The translations under genes were made by a program, and so were the position numbers. From NCBI GenBank assembly GCA_048939245.1, contig JBHLPR010000054.1, positions 1 to 15,307 of the forward strand: DNA of 15,307 bases, written 5' to 3'. The notes beneath the pieces are model-generated. The model was not told the DNA's origin, ran no database searches, and saw only the letters and a program-made list of their open reading frames with translations. This stretch comes from Promethearchaeota archaeon (GTDB lineage Archaea; Asgardarchaeota; Hermodarchaeia; Hermodarchaeales; Hermodarchaeaceae). The first letter of the stretch is position 1, and the number at the start of each line of letters is the position of its first letter. This document shows positions 1 through 6,728 of this stretch, piece by piece.

Positions 1-354
1 TGTCCCCTTGAGTAGCTCACGAGGATCACCTTCCCGTGACATGGTGTTGACAAATTCCTCGTTTTTCACCATTCCTGATCCAATTGCGAGGAAGAGGAGT
101 ACAAAGAGCAGAGGAACAACTGCGGCAAAGTAACGGCTGAAATAGTCCCCTGAAAAGACTAGCCAACTGAGTAAAAATATTGGCGCAGCAAAGATGTGGA
201 TCACTTTTCTTGATACGTAGATGGGAATGAGTTCACGTTTGCGTAAAATGTCATTAATTCGTATCAAGATGAGCAAGACAACAAAGGATATTATTAAAGC
301 CAAGATGTCCCAGGCCCAGTTTGGAATACCGAATCCGAGAAGCAAGTTTACCAT
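1..354 (-). CDS. Phytol/farnesol (isoprenoid alcohol) kinase-like membrane protein, dolichol kinase/CTP-transferase superfamily; runs off the window edge
   Basis: Translated by hand; not in the ORF track. ATG at 354 is open to base 1: MVNLLLGFGIPNWAWDILALIISFVVLLILIRINDILRKRELIPIYVSRKVIHIFAAPIFLLSWLVFSGDYFSRYFAAVVPLLFVLLFLAIGSGMVKNEEFVNTMSREGDPRELLKGT. SRKxIHI and MSRxGDPRELLxG match the VTE5/FOLK-type kinases. Several hydrophobic helices; AGGTGA just upstream. Confidence 0.85.
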   Translation of the reverse strand, partial: MVNLLLGFGIPNWAWDILALIISFVVLLILIRINDILRKRELIPIYVSRKVIHIFAAPIFLLSWLVFSGDYFSRYFAAVVPLLFVLLFLAIGSGMVKNEEFVNTMSREGDPRELLKGT

Positions 355-360
355 GTTTTT

Positions 361-416
361 TCACCTAGTGATATGGTGGGTGAAGTGCTCTCTGTTTATG
401 TTTATGCTATATAAAA
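361..416 (-). promoter_or_regulatory. Putative TATA box (TTTTATATA, 408-416) and Shine-Dalgarno (AGGTGA, 361-366) for the isoprenoid kinase gene
   Basis: The minus strand reads ...TTTTATATAG...CTAGGTGAAAAAAC-ATG, matching archaeal consensus elements at plausible spacing. Confidence 0.5.
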
Positions 417-429
417 CTAGTAAGGACTC

Positions 430-963
430 TTACTTTCCAGACTTCAATAATTGCTGGGTAATATCATTGAATAATTGAATGATATTTTCACCTGATTTTG
501 CTGAAGTCTCTACATAAAAGAGCATATTGTGTTCTTTCATTTTTTCTTCAGCTAATTCTTTGGATATTTGTCGTTCGTTAACTAGGTCCGCTTTATTGCC
601 AACCAATACAAGTGGGAGTTTTGGAACCATTGCATGTATTTCATTGATCCAGCGTGAAACGTTTTGAAGACTACTTGGTCGTGTAAGGTCAAATACAATA
701 ATCCCCATATCAGTTCCGCTCATGAACTGGCTACGAACTAGTTTAAAATCAGTTTGCCCCGACATATCCCAAATTTGGAGTTGTACATCATCCTTGTCAA
801 AACTCAATTCCTGTGAGGTAATATCCACACCAATACTCGCCTTGTAATCTTCGATGAAAGTGTCTGACACATAACGCCGAATAATGCATGTTTTTCCTAC
901 CGCGTAATCACCCATGAGGATAACTTTGAATATCCACCGATGTGATGAGGATTTTTCCGTCAC
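430..963 (-). CDS. Rab-like small GTPase (Ras superfamily)
   Basis: G1 GDYAVGKT, G2 region KASIGVD, G3 WDMSGQ, G4 NKAD, G5 ETSAK, plus RabF-like IGVDI, QLQIW and IVFDLT. The ORF track starts at TTG 1014. I prefer GTG 963 (MTEKSS...) because GGGGTC lies just before it, an AT-rich TATA-like stretch lies about 25-35 nt upstream, and the G domain starts shortly after. Confidence 0.93.
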   Translation of the reverse strand: MTEKSSSHRWIFKVILMGDYAVGKTCIIRRYVSDTFIEDYKASIGVDITSQELSFDKDDVQLQIWDMSGQTDFKLVRSQFMSGTDMGIIVFDLTRPSSLQNVSRWINEIHAMVPKLPLVLVGNKADLVNERQISKELAEEKMKEHNMLFYVETSAKSGENIIQLFNDITQQLLKSGK

Positions 964-1173
964 GAATTGTGACCCCAAGCATGTGTCTTTATTTATGCCA
1001 TTCTGGATGTTCAATCCTGAAATAGGCTGATCCCTACTCCTTTATGGCATATTATGAACCTCATTGAGACTGTTAAGAATCTTTTTGTTTTTAGTATAGG
1101 TTTTGTCAAGACTCAAGGAAATCAAAACCCCGTTTATCAAACTGCCAGTATAACTAAATAACATAGCCAATGA

Positions 1174-2394
1174 ATGAGACTCATGACTCGAATCACTGTG
1201 CTTGGAGGATGTGGAGCTGTTGGCAGCGTGGCGGTTCGGACATTAAAAGACCTGCCAGATTTTGACGAAATCATCATTGCGGATATTAATGCTGAAGGGG
1301 CCCAAGCGCTAGCAGATGAATTGGGCGGTGAATGCTCAGCCTTAGAAGTGAATGCATTGAAGACAGAAAATGTTCAATCCGCGATTAAAGCTTCAGATGT
1401 AGTTCTTAACTGTGTAGGTCCCTTCTATCTGTATGGACCACCGATTCTCAAGAGTGTTATCAAATCCGGAATCAATTATGTTGATGTCTGTGATGACGTG
1501 GAGCCTACCCAGGCATTATTGGCAATGGATGCTGTAGCTAAGAGGACAAATATTTCGGCGTTAATCGGGATGGGAATCTCACCAGGAGTTTCGAATATCC
1601 TTGTTCGATTCGCAGCCAATCAGCTTCTAGAGCAAGTTGATGCAATTGACATCTATCATACCCATGGGGGAGAACCAGTTGAAGGGGCAGCAGTTGTAGC
1701 TCATCGGATTCACGCGATGACCTCAGATATTCCCATGTTCTTAGATGGAAAACAGCAAACAGTTCACTTCTTCGATAAAAGTGGAGTAGACCTTCGAGAA
1801 GAAGTCGAATTTCACCAAATAGGAAAGCATCTCTGCTATCCGTACCCACATCCTGAGACGATAACCCTTCCCTCCTACATCAAATGCAAACGAGTTACAA
1901 ATAAGGGTACTGTACTCCCTGACCGCTACTTCGATTTTATAATTAAGCTAGTTGAAATGGAACTGGTAAATGAAGACCCGCTTATGGTTAAAGGCACTTC
2001 TGTGGTACCACGTGACTTCGCTATTGCTTATATTATCAAAGAAAGAAAACGAATCCTTAAAGACACAAACTTTGGTGACCAACGAGGCTGCGCTAAGATT
2101 GTTGTTTCGGGCAAAAAGAAAGGAAAGCCTCACCAATACATCTTCTCATTGTGGTCAATTGGACAAGCCATGGGTGAAGGAACTGGTATTCCAGCCGCTA
2201 TTGGAGCCACACTGATGCAACGGGGACAAGTCCCGCTTAAAGGCGTTTTTCCGCCTGAAGCCTGTGTTGATCCCATGGAGTTTCTTGGTGTGATGCAAGA
2301 ATACCTCAAACTCGAATCCGTCACGAGCGCCACTAGTCCCCTATTAATACAATCGATAGATGCCGAGGGAAATATCAAGGAATTGTCGCTTTAG
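1174..2394 (+). CDS. Saccharopine dehydrogenase-family NAD(P)-dependent oxidoreductase (lysine 6-dehydrogenase / carboxynorspermidine synthase-like)
   Basis: Rossmann motif VLGGCGAVG, then NCVGPF, YVDVCDD, GMGISPGVSN, HPETITLP, TGIPAAIG and GVFPPE. The true start may be ATG 1183. Confidence 0.88.
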   Translation: MRLMTRITVLGGCGAVGSVAVRTLKDLPDFDEIIIADINAEGAQALADELGGECSALEVNALKTENVQSAIKASDVVLNCVGPFYLYGPPILKSVIKSGINYVDVCDDVEPTQALLAMDAVAKRTNISALIGMGISPGVSNILVRFAANQLLEQVDAIDIYHTHGGEPVEGAAVVAHRIHAMTSDIPMFLDGKQQTVHFFDKSGVDLREEVEFHQIGKHLCYPYPHPETITLPSYIKCKRVTNKGTVLPDRYFDFIIKLVEMELVNEDPLMVKGTSVVPRDFAIAYIIKERKRILKDTNFGDQRGCAKIVVSGKKKGKPHQYIFSLWSIGQAMGEGTGIPAAIGATLMQRGQVPLKGVFPPEACVDPMEFLGVMQEYLKLESVTSATSPLLIQSIDAEGNIKELSL

Positions 2395-2474
2395 CTGTAA
2401 ATTTCATTACCCGAAGTGTATATCAGACCTCGCATCACAATAGTAGTGTTTCACATCACTGTGGGTTTAAAACA

Positions 2475-4064
2475 ATGACGCCTGCTTCTAATAAAGACAA
2501 GTATATTTTGGCCATCGATCACGGGACCTCAGCAATGAAGCCTGCGATTGTATCAACACGTGGTGATGTGGTTGGGTGGACTTGCGAAACCACTTCTTTG
2601 AATCTACTTCCTGGTGGAGGCGCTGAACAAGACCCAGAGGAATGGTGGCAAGCTTTCCTAACCGCAGCAAAAGAGCTCATTGAACAAGACCTTGTATCTC
2701 CTGAGGATATCATCGCTGTAAGTAATACTAGCCAATGGTCAGGAACTGTTGCGGTCGATGTCAATGGAGAACATCTCATGAATGCCGTTATATGGATGGA
2801 CTCTCGAGGGGCTCCATATGTGCTGAAGAAACTGCGAGGGCTCGTAAATATCCAAGGTTATTCGGTTCTCAATCTCCTACGTTGGCTCCGAAAGACCGGA
2901 GGGATTCCCACGTCAAGTGGAAAAGATCCCATTGCGCATATTCTTTACATCCAGCAGGAACTTCCCGATATCTACGAACAAACCAGCTTTTTTCTCGAAC
3001 CCACCGATTACATTAACCTCCGCTTATCCGGAGTAGTTGCATCTTCTCCATCAACGATGATGTTGCACTGGGTTACTGACATCCGGGACATCAATCGTCC
3101 CAACTATGATGATGGTCTTATCAAACGAATTGGGATTCATCGAGAAAAACTACCGGATTTGAAACATTCAACTGATGAACTCGGACCCCTTCAAAAAGAA
3201 GTGGCTGATACTCTTGGACTTCGTGATGATGTTAAAGTGTTTGTTGGTGCCCCAGATATTCCCTCCGCTGTAATTGGATCTGGGGCGGTTCGCGACTTTC
3301 AAGGCCACATTTACATCGGCACCAGCAGTTGGCTCACCTGCCATGTTCCCTTTAAAAAAACCGACATTGGAAGCAATATGGCAGCACTTCCTTCAGCAAT
3401 TCCCGGACGCTACTTCATCGCCAACGAACAAGAAACCGCCGGAGCCTGTCTAACATTTCTCCGAGACAAAATCTTCTACCCAGATGACCAAACAAAATGT
3501 GGCAACCAAGAAGTCTATCATGAATTTGACCGCATCGTCGAAGAGATTCCTGCTGGCTGCAACAATATCATTTTCACCCCATGGCTTTATGGTGAGCGGA
3601 CACCCGTCGAAGACCATACTGTCAGAGGTGCTTTCTTCAATTTATCGCTAAATAGCGATAAAGGACAGCTCATCCGGGCTGTATTTGAAGGAGTAGCCTT
3701 CAACAGTCGATGGGTGCTCTCCGCAGTTGAAAAATTCACCAAACAACCTTTTGACACACTTAATATGATTGGAGGCGGAGCCCAATCCAGCATTTGGTGC
3801 CAAATCTACGCCGATATCCTCAATCGTACAATCCACCAAGTTCACGATCCCATCCAGGCTAATGCACGGGGTGCCGCTTTCATTGCTAGTGTAGGTCTTG
3901 GTTATATCACTTTCAACGATATACCAAACCTAATTAAAATCGCTAACATCTATACGCCAAATCCTGCACACCGTACGATATATGACAAACTTTTCGAAGA
4001 ATTTGTTGGCATCTACGAAACCAATAAAACACTCTACCGGCGGCTGAATACACCAGAAGATTAG
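2475..4064 (+). CDS. FGGY-family carbohydrate kinase (xylulokinase-like; substrate uncertain)
   Basis: LAIDHGTS, AEQDPEEWW, IWMDSR, GTSSW, PWLYGERTP, RAVFEGVA and GGGAQS motifs; 529 aa. Confidence 0.92.
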   Translation: MTPASNKDKYILAIDHGTSAMKPAIVSTRGDVVGWTCETTSLNLLPGGGAEQDPEEWWQAFLTAAKELIEQDLVSPEDIIAVSNTSQWSGTVAVDVNGEHLMNAVIWMDSRGAPYVLKKLRGLVNIQGYSVLNLLRWLRKTGGIPTSSGKDPIAHILYIQQELPDIYEQTSFFLEPTDYINLRLSGVVASSPSTMMLHWVTDIRDINRPNYDDGLIKRIGIHREKLPDLKHSTDELGPLQKEVADTLGLRDDVKVFVGAPDIPSAVIGSGAVRDFQGHIYIGTSSWLTCHVPFKKTDIGSNMAALPSAIPGRYFIANEQETAGACLTFLRDKIFYPDDQTKCGNQEVYHEFDRIVEEIPAGCNNIIFTPWLYGERTPVEDHTVRGAFFNLSLNSDKGQLIRAVFEGVAFNSRWVLSAVEKFTKQPFDTLNMIGGGAQSSIWCQIYADILNRTIHQVHDPIQANARGAAFIASVGLGYITFNDIPNLIKIANIYTPNPAHRTIYDKLFEEFVGIYETNKTLYRRLNTPED

Positions 4065-4085
4065 CAGTTTAGTAAATTTTGCCCA

Positions 4086-4499
4086 CTATGTTTTCTTCTT
4101 CTTTTTCTTAGTCGTTTTCTTAGGTAGAAACTCAAGCCAGCGTGAACGGTCAAAATAGACTTCATTTCGACTAATCTTTCCATCCTCAAGCTCCACAATA
4201 TCCATGCCATATTCAACTAATTTCTTCTTAGCGATCGGAATTACCGCCCGCCATTTCAACGTAAAACCACGGAGCGTTGGAAACACTTCCACTGGTTCCC
4301 AAATCCAATTTGGATTTGCTTCTAGTAGTTTGGTGAAATACACTCGTAATTGTTCCCTACCTTTCAATCCTTCGGGATGGGCCGGATCGCTATAATAGGC
4401 GTTTTCAGTGTAGAATTGTAATAACACCTCGGGTTCATTCCCAGTCCAAGATGGTAACCATTGACGGCAAAACTCAAGGATGTACGCTTCTTCACTCAT
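4086..4499 (-). CDS. SnoaL-like / NTF2-fold protein
   Basis: WxxxW..LLQFYTENAYYSDP...GLKGREQLRVYF...GMDIVELEDGKISRNEVYFDR is the typical SnoaL_2 pattern; 137 aa; AGTGA upstream of the ATG. Confidence 0.88.
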   Translation of the reverse strand: MSEEAYILEFCRQWLPSWTGNEPEVLLQFYTENAYYSDPAHPEGLKGREQLRVYFTKLLEANPNWIWEPVEVFPTLRGFTLKWRAVIPIAKKKLVEYGMDIVELEDGKISRNEVYFDRSRWLEFLPKKTTKKKKKKT

Positions 4500-4636
4500 A
4501 GCGCTTCACTTTATGGGTAAACAAAGGACTGATTGTATTTAATCATTCATCTGAATTAGTGAACCCTATGGTAATGATGTTCATTCTTGATAATTCTAAA
4601 ATAAGTATTAGAAATTGCAGTGTTGATGGATGATTA

Positions 4637-6352
4637 CTAATCTTTCCGCAGATACCACACAGCAAAAAGCACTACAGTTACAATGATAATTACGCCGATG
4701 ATAATGGTAATAATTAGCGTAGGGGACATACTCCCGATCTGTACGATAAAGACTCCTTCTGATTCCGAAGGTAGACGAGTGTATCGTCCAGCTGTATCAT
4801 TTGTTCCAAAGTAGTACGATAAAATAGTTCCTGTGATTATTGAGCCAGGAATAGTAGCTTGATACATATTCTCCGTTACTTCACTCATAGGCAAATACCG
4901 AAAGACACCCTGATCAATTTGATAAAATAAGCTAACTGCAGATAGATGATCATCATCAGTAGCTTTAACGATAATTGTCACAGGCTCAAAAAAGGTAGGT
5001 GGGTCAATAGAAATTAGAGAAAGTTCTGGAGTAGCCATATCCTGTTTTGCCAAATAGATATCTTGATCTGTTACTGAGCGCCCATCTGTCCAGACAATAA
5101 AGAGCCTTCCTGAAGGACCTGAGCGAAGGGTGAAATAGTCTCCAGGTCGTGTAAAACTCAGAGGGAATCCTTCGGTAGTAATCCTCACATCCTGGGAGAA
5201 GGTTGTACCACCATCATCGGAGTAGCTGTAATAGATATCCCACTCATTATTCCGAGCATCTAACCAGGCGACATGAATATCATCATCTTCATCGATGTGC
5301 ATCTCGACCATCCGTTGCATATTCGTGGCATCATCGTTGACTTGAACTGGGTCCGACCAACTTATACCAGCATCAATTGACTTGATAACATATACATCCT
5401 TATCGGCGGGTGACCCAGCAGCATAACAAATGTATATGTGATGCTGACTATCCGTTGCGCACACTGTGATGATGGCAATCTCCCCCGACCCAGGAGGGTT
5501 AACTTGTTGAGGAGAGGTCCAAGTAGTCCCATAATTGGTTGATTTCATGAAGAAAATTGTATCAATAGGACCGTCAGGATTTGAATCCCAAACCGTTGAA
5601 GCAAACAACGTCCCATTTGGTGTACAGGTCAGATAAGGAATTCCACCATGTGTGTCCCATGATCCCAGAATTTGAGTAGGCTGGAATGACGCACCACCAT
5701 TTGATGAACGTGTAAACACAAGATTGGCATAATTTTGAGTAACGAAGTGATCCCACATCATGTAGATGTTTCCATCTGCATCAACGCAGGCCGTCTCTTT
5801 ATCATCAAGATATCCGCTAGTATCACTGGCTTGAGTCGGTGCATTCCAGGATAGACCTCCATCAACAGTCTTAGCAACACCCATTCCTTCCTCAGGTCCA
5901 TTGTATTCTAAAAACGCAAAATAAGCATTATCATTAGTATCGGAAATTAACCATGGATCCGACTGATATTCATTGATGCCGAGAGTTTCTATAAGGATAT
6001 TAGGACTAAAGGTTTGGCCTTCATCATCTGAATAGCAGAAACCTACGCGACGACCAGGGCCGTTATAAGTGTCTGCTTCTTTCCACCCGATTAATAATCG
6101 ATTTGTATTTAGGATAGTGAGTGTTGGTTCAACTTGTTCAGGGTATGGTGAGGATCCATCCGTTACGCGGTAGTTATAACCAAAACGTATATCTGATGCC
6201 TGAATTGGGGCATGAGAAACAGCAATGTCTTTATTTTGAACCTCTAGTCTAAGTCGTTGTGCATGGGTTGGTAAAATCGTCATCGGAGCAAATATCATTT
6301 GGGTACTAAGGAGCAGAATGAATATACACAGAAGTAACCGATTGTTTTTCAT
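4637..6352 (-). CDS. Membrane-anchored BNR/Asp-box beta-propeller protein (sialidase-like fold) with an Ig-like stalk
   Basis: N-terminal signal peptide MKNNRLLLCIFILLLS; six Asp-boxes (SDDEGQTF, TVDGGLSW, SSNGGASF, STNYGTTW, SIDAGISW, SDDGGTTF); beta-rich domain VTIIVKATDD...YQATIP...YYF; C-terminal TM helix followed by RKD. Start moved from GTG 6364 to ATG 6352 because GGTGA sits 9 nt upstream of it. Confidence 0.85.
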   Translation of the reverse strand: MKNNRLLLCIFILLLSTQMIFAPMTILPTHAQRLRLEVQNKDIAVSHAPIQASDIRFGYNYRVTDGSSPYPEQVEPTLTILNTNRLLIGWKEADTYNGPGRRVGFCYSDDEGQTFSPNILIETLGINEYQSDPWLISDTNDNAYFAFLEYNGPEEGMGVAKTVDGGLSWNAPTQASDTSGYLDDKETACVDADGNIYMMWDHFVTQNYANLVFTRSSNGGASFQPTQILGSWDTHGGIPYLTCTPNGTLFASTVWDSNPDGPIDTIFFMKSTNYGTTWTSPQQVNPPGSGEIAIITVCATDSQHHIYICYAAGSPADKDVYVIKSIDAGISWSDPVQVNDDATNMQRMVEMHIDEDDDIHVAWLDARNNEWDIYYSYSDDGGTTFSQDVRITTEGFPLSFTRPGDYFTLRSGPSGRLFIVWTDGRSVTDQDIYLAKQDMATPELSLISIDPPTFFEPVTIIVKATDDDHLSAVSLFYQIDQGVFRYLPMSEVTENMYQATIPGSIITGTILSYYFGTNDTAGRYTRLPSESEGVFIVQIGSMSPTLIITIIIGVIIIVTVVLFAVWYLRKD

Positions 6353-6364
6353 ACTAGTGTTCAC

Positions 6365-6728
6365 CGATTCGGAAATGCTTCTTCAATCTTCTTAAAAAGC
6401 GATGCTCTTACGGCATGAGATTTCGTATTATCGAATTATAGGTAAATGGAAACCACGCAAAAACAAATCCTAGAATAATTAAATTCTAAATTAATTCTTT
6501 TTACTAATTATTTCTACTCAACGGATTGCATCGTTATATTCACACTGAGAGGAATAGCATAACGAAATAGTATGTCGAAATTTCTTAGCTAGGCGTAAAA
6601 AGAAAAAAAAGAAAAAACCTCTGTTAAATTCTATGAAAACAAACCCTTATTCAGGAAAATGCCAAATAAATTTAAATTAAAGGACAATTCATCCTAACGC
6701 GGGATATCTGCTATTTGAAGGGCGAGCA
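6365..6728. promoter_or_regulatory. AT-rich divergent promoter region between the two surface-protein genes
   Basis: Minus-strand TTTTTAAG at about 6391-6398; plus-strand AAATAAA-TTTAAA at about 6664-6676; an A-tract at 6597-6617; an imperfect palindrome TAGAAT-AATTAA-ATTCTA at 6471-6488. Confidence 0.5.

Noticed and set aside
221-478. 85-aa plus-strand ORF
   Set aside because: It is an antisense shadow of the isoprenoid kinase and the GTPase 3' end, with no recognisable motifs.
1-963. GTPase prenylation supplied by the adjacent isoprenoid kinase
   Set aside because: The GTPase has no C-terminal Cys and no prenyltransferase is present. The kinase also appears to have its own TATA-like element.
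2475-4064. Assigning the gene symbol xylB
   Set aside because: The family is clear but the substrate is not; there is no xylA or pentose-utilisation context.
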